Positions 8,521 through 18,301 of a stretch of DNA of 64,000 nt are shown piece after piece. A program made the translations under genes and the position numbers. The notes under the pieces were generated by a model that was not told the DNA's origin, ran no database searches, and saw only the letters and a list, made by a program, of their open reading frames with translations. Within the stretch, counting starts at the first letter, position 1. Every line of letters starts with the position of its first letter. The stretch spans positions 9,523-73,522 of the forward strand of contig JAVVEM010000011.1 of the NCBI GenBank assembly GCA_032250805.1, given 5' to 3'. Source of the DNA: Bacteroidales bacterium (GTDB taxonomy: Bacteria; Bacteroidota; Bacteroidia; Bacteroidales; B18-G4).

Positions 8521-10098
8521 ATGAGATCCATTTGTTTTTATTTCCAGGTCCATCAGCCATACAGGCTGCGGACATACCGCTTTTTTGATATCGGTAATAA
8601 CCATCATTATTATAATGATCAGGAAAACCGTTTTATAATGCGCCGGGTGGCTGAAAAATGTTATCTGCCGATGAACCGCCTGTTGCTTGATCTTATAAAT
8701 GAATATGGTGTTGCATTCAAGGTGAGCTTTTCGATATCAGGCACAGCCATGGAGCAGTTCGAAAACTATGCTCCTGATGTACTGGATAGCTTCAGGGAAC
8801 TGGCAGCTACCGGAAATGTTGAGTTTATTGCCGAAACACAGTCACACTCGCTGGTGGCCCTGAAAAACAGGGAGGAATTTGTTGCCCAGGTGGATGCCCA
8901 AAAGCAAAAAGTTGAGCAATATTTTGGCCAGGTTCCAACAACATTCAGAAATACCGAGCTGATCTATTCTGATGAGATCGGCAGCATGGTGGCCGATATG
9001 GGGTTTAATCTGATGCTTACTGAAGGAGCAAAGCATGTACTCGGCTGGAAAAGCCCGAACTATATGTATGCCAACGCAATTAATCCCAAACTAAAGCTTC
9101 TCTTGAAAAACTTCAGGCTCAGCGACGACATCGCTTTCAGATTTTCGCAGCAGAGCTGGCCCGAATGGCCACTCACAACCGAGAAATTTGTGGGCTGGCT
9201 CAATGATATCGACCAGAAAGAAGAAGTGGTGAACCTGTTTATGGATTATGAAACTTTTGGCGAGCATCAATGGCCTGAAACGGGTATCTTCGAATTTATG
9301 CGTGCGCTGCCGGCAAGGGTTTTCTCACACTCTAACTATACCTTTAATACACCCTCCGAACTGGCCGAAAAATTGCAACCTGTATCAGCAGTCCACGTGC
9401 CTTATCCCATTTCATGGGCCGATGAAGAACGCGATCTTACCGCCTGGCTGGGCAATGAACTCCAGGATGAAGCTTTCGATAAATTGTACTCACTCAGCGA
9501 GGGGGTAAAGAAATGTGCCGATCCGGGCATTATTCGCGACTGGCGGCTGCTCCAAACAAGCGACCACTTCTACTATATGTGTACCAAGTGGTTCTCTGAT
9601 GGCGATGTGCATAAATATTTTAATCCCTATGGCACACCCTATGAAGCATTTATTAATTATATGAATATACTTTCTGATTTTATGGTCCGCGTTGAGGAGC
9701 ATTGCCATCAATCGTCATTTTCCGAAAATATCGATGATACGATCGAAAGAGCGGCCGAATTCGGCAAATCTTTAAAAGATAAGACCTTCAAAATGGGCGA
9801 AAAGGTAAAGGAAAAGGTGAGGGATACCAATATTGGCGACAAAAGCCTGAATGATATCGCTTCAATGTCGAATGCCCGCATCAGGGAATTGTTGCGCAGG
9901 GTGGATATTGAGGAACTGTCGGTAGCGCTTCAAAACGCCAGTGATGATGTGCGCGAGCGGATACTGCCTAACCTTGGCAGCAGGGCACGAAAAAAATATG
10001 ATCAGGTGCAGGCCGATCTGAGGAAATTTAAAAAATCCGACATTAAAAAATATACAGCCAATATTGAAAAGGAAATTAAAAACCTGTTCAGGAAATAA
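8521..10098 (+). CDS. GH57 alpha-amylase-type hydrolase with a C-terminal FliG-C-like domain
   Basis: GH57 motifs FQVHQP, FRNTELIY, DYETFGEHQW, QTSDHFYY. The last ~85 aa (from 9844) resemble the FliG C-terminal domain. Confidence 0.88.
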   Translation: MRSICFYFQVHQPYRLRTYRFFDIGNNHHYYNDQENRFIMRRVAEKCYLPMNRLLLDLINEYGVAFKVSFSISGTAMEQFENYAPDVLDSFRELAATGNVEFIAETQSHSLVALKNREEFVAQVDAQKQKVEQYFGQVPTTFRNTELIYSDEIGSMVADMGFNLMLTEGAKHVLGWKSPNYMYANAINPKLKLLLKNFRLSDDIAFRFSQQSWPEWPLTTEKFVGWLNDIDQKEEVVNLFMDYETFGEHQWPETGIFEFMRALPARVFSHSNYTFNTPSELAEKLQPVSAVHVPYPISWADEERDLTAWLGNELQDEAFDKLYSLSEGVKKCADPGIIRDWRLLQTSDHFYYMCTKWFSDGDVHKYFNPYGTPYEAFINYMNILSDFMVRVEEHCHQSSFSENIDDTIERAAEFGKSLKDKTFKMGEKVKEKVRDTNIGDKSLNDIASMSNARIRELLRRVDIEELSVALQNASDDVRERILPNLGSRARKKYDQVQADLRKFKKSDIKKYTANIEKEIKNLFRK

Positions 10099-10131
10099 TG
10101 CCGTTTACAGGCATCAGTAGAAAGAGGAATT

Positions 10132-10905
10132 ATGGATTTGAAGATCACAGGACAGCTTTTTATCGTTAGCGGAGCAAGCTCAGGATTGGGTAAAGCAGTG
10201 GCTAAAGTGTTGCTCGATAACGGTGCTGGTGTAATTGCCCTGGCCCGGAACGAAGATAAGCTAAATGAACTTTGTAATGAATATACACGGGCAGAAAAAG
10301 TCAGCGGCGATGTTTTGAGCGATGAAAGCCTCAGGGCAGTTATCGAAAAAATTGATGGCCGCGAATTGTCGGGGGTATTTGTCAATGCCGGCGGACCTCC
10401 TGCGCTTTCGTTCCTGGAAACGGAGCTTAGCGACTGGGATGAAGCTTATCGCCTGCTCCTTCGCTGGAAGGTTGCCCTGATAAGGATGCTTTTACCGGTA
10501 TTCATGAAGCAGGGCTACGGAAGGATATTGTTCAGCGAGAGTTCAACACTGAAGCAGCCCATCGAAAACCTGGTGCTCAGCAACTCCTTGCGCATGGCTG
10601 TTGCAGGCATGGCTAAAACCCTTTCGCAGGAGGTTGCAGATCGGGGAATAACAGTAAACATTATAGGTCCCGGCTTTCATGATACGGAAGCTGTTAACAG
10701 GCTGTTTATAAAGAAAAGCAAACTCGAAGGGATCTCCTTCGATGAAGCCAGGGCGGCAGGCGTATCGGGGATCCCGGTCGGAAAGATCGGCGATCCGGCC
10801 GAATTTGCCTCGCTCGCGGCATGGCTTCTCTCACCCTTATCAGGCTTCGTTACCGGGCAGGTATATACGCTTGATGGGGGAACGACCCGGTATTCTCTCG
10901 GATAA
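10132..10905 (+). CDS. Short-chain dehydrogenase/reductase
   Basis: SGASSGLG Rossmann motif, NAGGPP, LSNSLR (non-canonical YxxxK region), GPG, DGG at the C-terminus. Confidence 0.88.
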   Translation: MDLKITGQLFIVSGASSGLGKAVAKVLLDNGAGVIALARNEDKLNELCNEYTRAEKVSGDVLSDESLRAVIEKIDGRELSGVFVNAGGPPALSFLETELSDWDEAYRLLLRWKVALIRMLLPVFMKQGYGRILFSESSTLKQPIENLVLSNSLRMAVAGMAKTLSQEVADRGITVNIIGPGFHDTEAVNRLFIKKSKLEGISFDEARAAGVSGIPVGKIGDPAEFASLAAWLLSPLSGFVTGQVYTLDGGTTRYSLG

Positions 10906-11016
10906 CAATACACAATCCACTGCTTTGGAGGATGGTTTTTGATATCTTCCGAAGGAGATCAGGAAAAAAGCAATAGCGCAATTCGACTATTTTTGCATGA
11001 ATTTTAAAAAACGAAA

Positions 11017-14000
11017 ATGATGAGTGAAAAAGTAATAAAACCCGATTATATTTTTGAAACCAGCTGGGAGATATGTAATAAGGTGGGAGGGATCTATACC
11101 GTCCTGTCAACCAAAGCCCGCACCATTACTGAGGACTATGGCGATAATTATATCCTAATAGGCCCGGATGTTTGGATGGAGACCAGTGAGCACCCTGATT
11201 TTATTGAAGATTTTGATATTCTGACCGAATGGAGAGAAAAGGCTGCCCAGGAAGGACTCAACATCCGCCTGGGACGCTGGAATGTGAGTGGTTATCCACT
11301 GGTCATCCTGGTTGACTTTAAACCCCTGTTCACTGAAAAAGATAAGATATTTTATGAATTGTGGGAACAATTTAAGCTCGACTCCCTTTCGGGACAGTGG
11401 GATTATATCGAACCTGCCATGTTTGGCTATGCTGCAGCCAGGGTGATTGAAAGTTATTATGAGTTTCACCTTTCTTCAAAAGACCGCATCGTTGCACATT
11501 TTCATGAATGGATGACCGGTACCGGGATATTGTACCTTAAAACTCATGTGGCACAGGTGGCTACTGTCTTTACAAGCCATGCCACAGTGCTTGGACGCTC
11601 AATTGCAGGCAACGGACTCCCGCTTTACGGAGATATGGAGAAATACAAGGCTGAAGAAACGGCACGTAGTTTTGGGGTTCTTTCAAAACAATCACTCGAA
11701 TCAATGAGTGCCAAACAGGCCGATAGCTTCACAACGGTTAGTGAGATCACAGCCAGGGAATGCAAGCATTTTCTTAGAAAAACACCTGATGTGATCACGG
11801 TGAATGGTTTTGAGGATTCATTTGTTCCGCCGGACGACAAATTTGATGAAAAAAGACAGGAGGCCCGCCAAAAACTTTTATCGGTCGCCTCAGCTGTTAC
11901 AGGGCAAAAAATGCCTGACGACAGCCTGCTGGTGATCAATAGTGGCCGTTACGAATTCCATAATAAGGGAATGGACATTTTTATTGATGCCCTGGCCGAA
12001 CTAAATAAAATGGATGATCTGCCGAAAAAGGTGATTGCTTACATCACTGTGCCGGCAAATCATGCCGGTGCACGTCAGGATGTGCTCAAGCGCATGAATG
12101 ACCTTCATTCGGAACCGGTCGAAAAACCATGGCTGTCGCATTATCTTTTCGACGAAGAGAAGGACCCGAGCATTCGGAGGATCAAAGAGAAAGGATTGAT
12201 GAACAACGAGAACAGCAAGGTAAGTGTGATCTTTGTCCCGGCATATCTTGATGGCCGGGATGGCATTTTTAATATGCCTTACTACGACATACTTATCGGA
12301 TTTGATGTTTCTGTTTTTCCATCATACTACGAACCCTGGGGCTACACTCCCCTCGAAAGCATCGCTTTTAGTATTCCTACTGTTACCACTTCCCTGGCGG
12401 GATTTGGCAGTTGGGTGAATGATTTTCACAAGGTTGAGAAAAAAGGCGTTATCGTATCCGAGAGGACCGATGACAATGAGGCTGATGTGGTAAAAGACAT
12501 CTTTGGCACCCTGAAAGCTTTCGCTGAAATGAGTGCTGCAAAATATGATGAAGCAGCCCGGGAGGCTTACAAAATATCGCGGGATGCACTCTGGCAATCG
12601 TTTATCGATAATTACAGGAAGGCATGGTCGGTGGCGCTGCACAAAGTGGGCGGACGTGAAGAATTGTTCAGTGGCAAGCAACAGCAATTCAGGTTAAGGG
12701 AATATATTCCTGCCACGGATATTGATGCCGAACCCAAGTGGAAAAAGATCCTGGTGAAAGCGAAGATCCCACAAAAGCTGATTGGTTTACAGGAACTTTC
12801 AAAAAACCTTTGGTGGAGCTGGAATTGTGAGGCAGAGGCAATATTCAAGTATATGCATCGCGAAAAATGGGACGCATCGGGTCATAACCCGGTAGCATTT
12901 CTCGAAGCCATACCCATGGACCGTTACAAGGAACTGGAAAAGGACAAGGAATTTTTAAAAATGCTTGAGTCCGTAATGAACCAATTTACAAAATACATTG
13001 AAAAAAAACCCGCCGCAGGATCACCGCTGATCTCATACTTCAGCATGGAGTATGGCCTGCACACATCAATTAAGATATATTCAGGCGGACTGGGTATCCT
13101 GGCCGGGGATTACCTGAAACAGGCCAGCGACTCCAACCTGAACATGATCGGGATCGGGCTCATGTACCGCTACGGCTACTTCAACCAAAGGCTTTCGCCG
13201 CATGGGGAGCAGATCGCCGAGTATGTCCGGCAACGCTTTTCATACCTTCCGATCTCGCCAGTAAGGGATGAACAAGGCAAATGGATAAAGATAAACCTTG
13301 CCTTACCAGGCCGCTCACTGACGGCCAAAGCCTGGCAGCTTGATATCGGCAGGATAAAATTATACCTGCTCGATACCGATATCAGTGACAACCAGGACAA
13401 AGATCGCACGATTACCCACCATCTGTATGGCGGCAACAACGAACATCGCCTGAAGCAGGAGCTGTTGCTGGGTGTTGGAGGTATTCGATTGCTCGAGGCA
13501 TTGAAGCTCAGCCCAAACGTATACCACTGCAATGAAGGACATGCCGCATTTATTGGTATTGAAAGGATGCGCCGGCTGATTGAAAGCCGCATCATTACTT
13601 ACCCCATGGCAAAGGAGATCGTTAGGGCATCAACGCTGTTTACGACCCATACGCCTGTACCGGCCGGGCATGATGCTTTTAGCGAGGATCTGCTTCGCAC
13701 ATATATTCCACACTATCCGGGCAGGCTCAACATATCGTGGGATGAATTTATGCAACTTGGAAGGGCAAACCCGCATTCCAAAGCAGATCCCTTCTCCATG
13801 AGTGTTCTGGCTGTAAACCTTTCGGGCGAGGTAAATGGTGTTAGCCGGATCCATGGCAAGGAATCGCGTAAAATGTTTAGTGTGATGTATCCGGGATACT
13901 TCCCCGAAGAAGTGAATATTGGCCACATTACCAATGGGGTGCATTATGCCACATGGACATCCAGGATATGGATAGACTTGTTTAAAGAAACCTTCGGGCC

Positions 14001-15270
14001 GGGCTTTTATGAAAATCAATCGGATCCGAAGTACTGGGAAAAAGTGCGCGATATCCCCGATAATGTGATATGGAATGTAAGACAGGAATTAAAATCGGAA
14101 TTGTTTGCCTTTTTAAAAAAACGGCTCACCGAAGATATGGCCCACCGTCAGGAAGCTCCGCAGATCATTATCAATACTATCGACAAACTTGATGCAAACA
14201 TCCTGACCATTGGCTTTGCCCGCCGCTTTGCTACCTATAAACGGGCTCAACTCTTGTTTAAGAATGAAGCCCAACTGGCGCGCATTGTCAATAACCCCGA
14301 CCGCCCGGTGCAGTTTATCTTTGCAGGAAAGGCACACCCGAACGATAAGGCAGGCCAGGACCTGATCCGCCATATCATTGAAACATCGCGTAAACCCGAA
14401 TTTCAGGGAAGGATCGTTTTTCTTGAGAACTATGATATGCAGCTTGCCCGGAAACTTGTGCAGGGAGTCGATGTTTGGTTGAATACACCAACCAGGCCGC
14501 TGGAGGCATCTGGCACAAGCGGGATGAAAGCACTGATGAATGGCGTACTTAATTTTAGTGTGATGGATGGCTGGTGGGCAGAAGGATTCAGGGAAAATGC
14601 CGGCTGGGCGATAGAAGAAAAACGCACTTTCGACAACCAGCAGTTCCAGGACGAACTTGATGCCGAAACAATTTATAATATTTTCGAGGACGATATCATT
14701 CCGCGATTTTATAAATTGAACCAGGATAATGTTCCGGCCGAATGGATCAGGTATGTGAAGAATTCAATAGCAGGAATATGCAGTGAATTTACCATGAAAC
14801 GCATGCTCGATCAATATGTTGAGAAATATTATAATTCTATTGCAGAACGTGCAGTTGCCATAAAAGCAAATAATTGTGCACTGGCAGCAGAAATTGCCGA
14901 CTGGAAGTCACGCATCAGGGCGCATTGGCCCGAAATTGTTGTAAAATCAGTTAAAGTGCCTGATGCCAAAACGCGGGCATTGACCTTTGGTGAAAGCTTT
15001 AAGGTGGAGGTTCAGCTCGATTGTGGCCAACTGTCGCCCGAAGACATCGAACTGGAAGTGGTTTTTGGCCAGCAGGCAAACCTCGGCCTCGAAGATGTTC
15101 TATTTGTGAAAAAGCTCAGGCATAGATCCACAAACAAGGAAGGCTTGTCGGTTTTTGCAGGTGATTTTGAAATCGACCACGCCGGATCGCTCGATTATGC
15201 CATCAGGATTTTTCCCAGCAATCCTCTGCTGCCGAACAAACAGGAAACGGGATTATTGCGGTATATTTAG
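11017..15270 (+). CDS. glgP: Fused GT3 glycogen synthase + GT35 alpha-glucan phosphorylase
   Basis: N-half WEICNKVGGIYTV, FHEWMTG, GRYEFHNKG, PSYYEPWGYTP (GT3). C-half NLWWSW, YFSMEYG, YSGGLGILAGD, EASGTSGMK (GT35 PLP lysine). Single open frame; TATTTTTG promoter at 10988-10995. Confidence 0.92.
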   Translation: MMSEKVIKPDYIFETSWEICNKVGGIYTVLSTKARTITEDYGDNYILIGPDVWMETSEHPDFIEDFDILTEWREKAAQEGLNIRLGRWNVSGYPLVILVDFKPLFTEKDKIFYELWEQFKLDSLSGQWDYIEPAMFGYAAARVIESYYEFHLSSKDRIVAHFHEWMTGTGILYLKTHVAQVATVFTSHATVLGRSIAGNGLPLYGDMEKYKAEETARSFGVLSKQSLESMSAKQADSFTTVSEITARECKHFLRKTPDVITVNGFEDSFVPPDDKFDEKRQEARQKLLSVASAVTGQKMPDDSLLVINSGRYEFHNKGMDIFIDALAELNKMDDLPKKVIAYITVPANHAGARQDVLKRMNDLHSEPVEKPWLSHYLFDEEKDPSIRRIKEKGLMNNENSKVSVIFVPAYLDGRDGIFNMPYYDILIGFDVSVFPSYYEPWGYTPLESIAFSIPTVTTSLAGFGSWVNDFHKVEKKGVIVSERTDDNEADVVKDIFGTLKAFAEMSAAKYDEAAREAYKISRDALWQSFIDNYRKAWSVALHKVGGREELFSGKQQQFRLREYIPATDIDAEPKWKKILVKAKIPQKLIGLQELSKNLWWSWNCEAEAIFKYMHREKWDASGHNPVAFLEAIPMDRYKELEKDKEFLKMLESVMNQFTKYIEKKPAAGSPLISYFSMEYGLHTSIKIYSGGLGILAGDYLKQASDSNLNMIGIGLMYRYGYFNQRLSPHGEQIAEYVRQRFSYLPISPVRDEQGKWIKINLALPGRSLTAKAWQLDIGRIKLYLLDTDISDNQDKDRTITHHLYGGNNEHRLKQELLLGVGGIRLLEALKLSPNVYHCNEGHAAFIGIERMRRLIESRIITYPMAKEIVRASTLFTTHTPVPAGHDAFSEDLLRTYIPHYPGRLNISWDEFMQLGRANPHSKADPFSMSVLAVNLSGEVNGVSRIHGKESRKMFSVMYPGYFPEEVNIGHITNGVHYATWTSRIWIDLFKETFGPGFYENQSDPKYWEKVRDIPDNVIWNVRQELKSELFAFLKKRLTEDMAHRQEAPQIIINTIDKLDANILTIGFARRFATYKRAQLLFKNEAQLARIVNNPDRPVQFIFAGKAHPNDKAGQDLIRHIIETSRKPEFQGRIVFLENYDMQLARKLVQGVDVWLNTPTRPLEASGTSGMKALMNGVLNFSVMDGWWAEGFRENAGWAIEEKRTFDNQQFQDELDAETIYNIFEDDIIPRFYKLNQDNVPAEWIRYVKNSIAGICSEFTMKRMLDQYVEKYYNSIAERAVAIKANNCALAAEIADWKSRIRAHWPEIVVKSVKVPDAKTRALTFGESFKVEVQLDCGQLSPEDIELEVVFGQQANLGLEDVLFVKKLRHRSTNKEGLSVFAGDFEIDHAGSLDYAIRIFPSNPLLPNKQETGLLRYI

Positions 15271-15355
15271 TTTTTTCCAGTGAAAAATACGCTGAAATAT
15301 ATTTTGAAAAAAGTCTTTTGTTATCTTTGAACAGAATCGTTAATAAATAACAATC

Positions 15356-16099
15356 ATGAAACTACTTGAAGTAAAAACGGCACTGATCACCGGGGCATCA
15401 CGGGGAATAGGAAAAGCCATTGCAATACGCTATGCCGAACATGGTGCCGACCTTGCATTTTCCGACCTGAAAAGGGATGAAAACATGGAAGCGCTCGAAA
15501 ATCAGCTTCGCGATATGGGCGTTAAAGCCAAAGGCTTTGCTTCGGATGCATCCTCACTTGCCCAGAGCGAAAAGCTTGTTGAGGATGTGCTCAATGAGTT
15601 TGGCAAGATAGATATTCTGGTAAACAATGCCGGTATTACCCGCGATGGCCTGCTGATGCGGATGGAAGAAAAAGACTGGGATATTATTATGGCAGTTAAC
15701 CTGAAATCGGTATTTAACCTGACCAAAGCTGTGCAGAAAAGTATGCTCAAGCAAAGAAGTGGTTCGATCATCAATATGAGTTCTGTTGTTGGTATCAATG
15801 GCAATGGCGGGCAATCGAACTATTCAGCATCCAAAGCCGGGATCATCGGCTTTACAAAATCTATTGCCAAGGAACTGGGATCACGCAATATCAGATGCAA
15901 TGCCATTGCTCCCGGTTTTATTGAAACGGAAATGACTGCCACCCTGGCCGATGATGTCAGGGAGGCCTGGATACAATCAATACCACTGCGCAGGGGAGGA
16001 AAACCCGAAGATGTGGCCGATGTTTGTACTTTTCTGGGTTGCGACCTGTCATCATACGTTACCGGACAGGTGATCAGCGTTTGTGGCGGAATGATTTAG
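15356..16099 (+). CDS. fabG: 3-oxoacyl-ACP reductase
   Basis: TGASRGIG, NNAGITRD, NYSASKAG, APGFIET. TATCTTTG promoter at 15322-15329. Confidence 0.92.
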   Translation: MKLLEVKTALITGASRGIGKAIAIRYAEHGADLAFSDLKRDENMEALENQLRDMGVKAKGFASDASSLAQSEKLVEDVLNEFGKIDILVNNAGITRDGLLMRMEEKDWDIIMAVNLKSVFNLTKAVQKSMLKQRSGSIINMSSVVGINGNGGQSNYSASKAGIIGFTKSIAKELGSRNIRCNAIAPGFIETEMTATLADDVREAWIQSIPLRRGGKPEDVADVCTFLGCDLSSYVTGQVISVCGGMI

Positions 16100-16195
16100 C
16101 ATTTTTTTTGCCTCTGCCTTTTCATGTGCTTCCTTTACACTATTTTTGTCATCTTTTAGTTCTTATTTTATCCTGATAGAATAAATAAATAATTT

Positions 16196-18301
16196 TTGGA
16201 TCTAAGTATTATCACCGGACTCCCTTATTGGTATGTATTGCTTTGTGTTATTGCAGGCATACTGGCATCGATGCTGCTCTATTTCCGCGAGAAGAAGAAT
16301 GAGTTTAAGCCCTGGCTGAACATTTTGCTGGGAGTACTGCGTTTCTTTATCGTTGCGCTGGCAGCCTTCCTGCTGTTATCTCCTTTCATAAAGATCACAA
16401 GCAGAACTGCCGAAAAACCCATCATTGTGGTTGCCCAGGATAACAGCCTTTCGATGGTAATGGGGATGGATTCGGGATTTTACAGAAACACATACACTTC
16501 CCGCCTGAACAATATGCTTGCTTCTCTGAAAGATGATTACGACCTGAGGTTATTTACTTTTGGTGAAGACATTAATCCGGTAGATGATGCGGCTTTTGAT
16601 TCGCTCACCTTTGATGAAAAATATACGGATATGGCCGCCATTGCCGATATGATGGATGTGCGTTTTGTTAACCGCAATGTTGGGGCTTTGCTAATTGCCG
16701 GCGACGGCATCTTTAACCGGGGGCTGAATCCCCGCTATCACTCTGCCGGCATTGCCTATCCTGTTTATACTCTTGCATTGGGCGATACAGCAGTCAGGCG
16801 TGATGCTTATCTAAAAAGGGTGTTGTACAATAAGATTGCTTTTCAGGGCAACGATTTTCCTGTCGAAGCCATTGTCAATGCAACAAAGCTGAAGGGGAGA
16901 GTTATCACGGTGAGCCTGATGGAGGGAAGCAGCGTGGTTGATATAAGACAATTTGCCGCCGAAAATGACAATTTTTCCAAAACACTTTTGTTTACAGTCC
17001 CGGCCGGGGAGCCCGGCATGCATCATTATGTATTGCGCGTTTCTGCGGGCGATGATGAGGTAAGCCGCGATAATAACCGTTACGACCTCTTTATCGATGT
17101 ACTTAAATCGAAACAGAAAGTGCTTATTCTTTACCACGCGCCACATCCTGATGTAAGTGCGTTGAAGGAAGCCATCGGCAGCAATGTAAATTATGAGGTG
17201 AGCGATATGGCTGCCGATAAATTCAGTGGGCCACTCAACGAATACAGCCTGCTCATCCTGCATCAGTTGCCTGCACTCAGCACAGATAATCATCAGCTTG
17301 CCGGCCAGGTTAGTAGTTCAGGGATCCCCGTATTGTATATCCTGGGCCGGAAAAGCCTGTTTACGGAGCTGGAAAATATGAATGCCGGCCTAAGGCTTAC
17401 ACGTTATGAGCGTGCAGGAAGCAACGAAGCGCTTCCGCATCTGAATGAGGCATTCAGCCTGTTTATCCCGGGCGAGCCATTAAAAGAGATCATCAAACAA
17501 CTCCCTCCTCTTGATGTGCCTTTTGCCAGATACACCTTGAGCAATGCCTCAGGCGTGCTGTTCTATCAAAAGATCGGAAGTATTGTAAGCGGCGATCCGC
17601 TTTGGATGCTAAATGGTGAGCAACAACCCAAAACGGGCGTGATCACCGGAACAGGCCTGTGGCGATGGCGAATGAAGATTTGGATGGAAACAGGCGGGCA
17701 TAAGCTGTTTAATGAGCTTGTGAACAAAACGGTGCAGTTTTTATCACTGCGCGAAGACCAGCGGCGCTTTAAGGTGTTTGCCAATGATAATATCCCCGAA
17801 AGTTCTTCGGTTGAATTTAATGCTGAGCTTTACAATGAAAGTTATGAACCCTACAACGATCCTGATGTTAATTTGCGCATCAACGATGAAGCGGGGAATA
17901 CCTATAATTTTTTATTCAATAAAAGCGGAAATGCCTATTTGCTGGATGCAGGTAATTTTCCTGTTGGAACCTATACCTACACGGCCACAGTAAATACAGG
18001 CAATGAAGTATTTACCGACGCCGGCGGCTTTACGGTTGCCCCGGTGGTTGCAGAGCAGCTCTCCCTCAGGGCCGATCATGGCTTGCTCAGGGCACTGGCA
18101 GCAGAAAGCGGCGGAATGATGATCGGGCCCGGAGCGATTGCTGATTTTCCTGAAATGCTCAGCCAAAGAGATGATATTAAACCACTCATCCATGCCGAAA
18201 GGAAATTTATTGAGTTTATTGATATCTGGTGGATACTGACATGCCTTATAGCTCTTCTGGGGGTGGAGTGGTTTTTTAGAAAATGGAATGGGAGTTATTG
18301 A
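16196..18301 (+). CDS. Membrane-anchored vWA-like domain protein
   Basis: Two N-terminal TM helices, MIDAS-like QDNSLSM and GDG, C-terminal TM ending EWFFRK. Confidence 0.7.
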   Translation: MDLSIITGLPYWYVLLCVIAGILASMLLYFREKKNEFKPWLNILLGVLRFFIVALAAFLLLSPFIKITSRTAEKPIIVVAQDNSLSMVMGMDSGFYRNTYTSRLNNMLASLKDDYDLRLFTFGEDINPVDDAAFDSLTFDEKYTDMAAIADMMDVRFVNRNVGALLIAGDGIFNRGLNPRYHSAGIAYPVYTLALGDTAVRRDAYLKRVLYNKIAFQGNDFPVEAIVNATKLKGRVITVSLMEGSSVVDIRQFAAENDNFSKTLLFTVPAGEPGMHHYVLRVSAGDDEVSRDNNRYDLFIDVLKSKQKVLILYHAPHPDVSALKEAIGSNVNYEVSDMAADKFSGPLNEYSLLILHQLPALSTDNHQLAGQVSSSGIPVLYILGRKSLFTELENMNAGLRLTRYERAGSNEALPHLNEAFSLFIPGEPLKEIIKQLPPLDVPFARYTLSNASGVLFYQKIGSIVSGDPLWMLNGEQQPKTGVITGTGLWRWRMKIWMETGGHKLFNELVNKTVQFLSLREDQRRFKVFANDNIPESSSVEFNAELYNESYEPYNDPDVNLRINDEAGNTYNFLFNKSGNAYLLDAGNFPVGTYTYTATVNTGNEVFTDAGGFTVAPVVAEQLSLRADHGLLRALAAESGGMMIGPGAIADFPEMLSQRDDIKPLIHAERKFIEFIDIWWILTCLIALLGVEWFFRKWNGSY

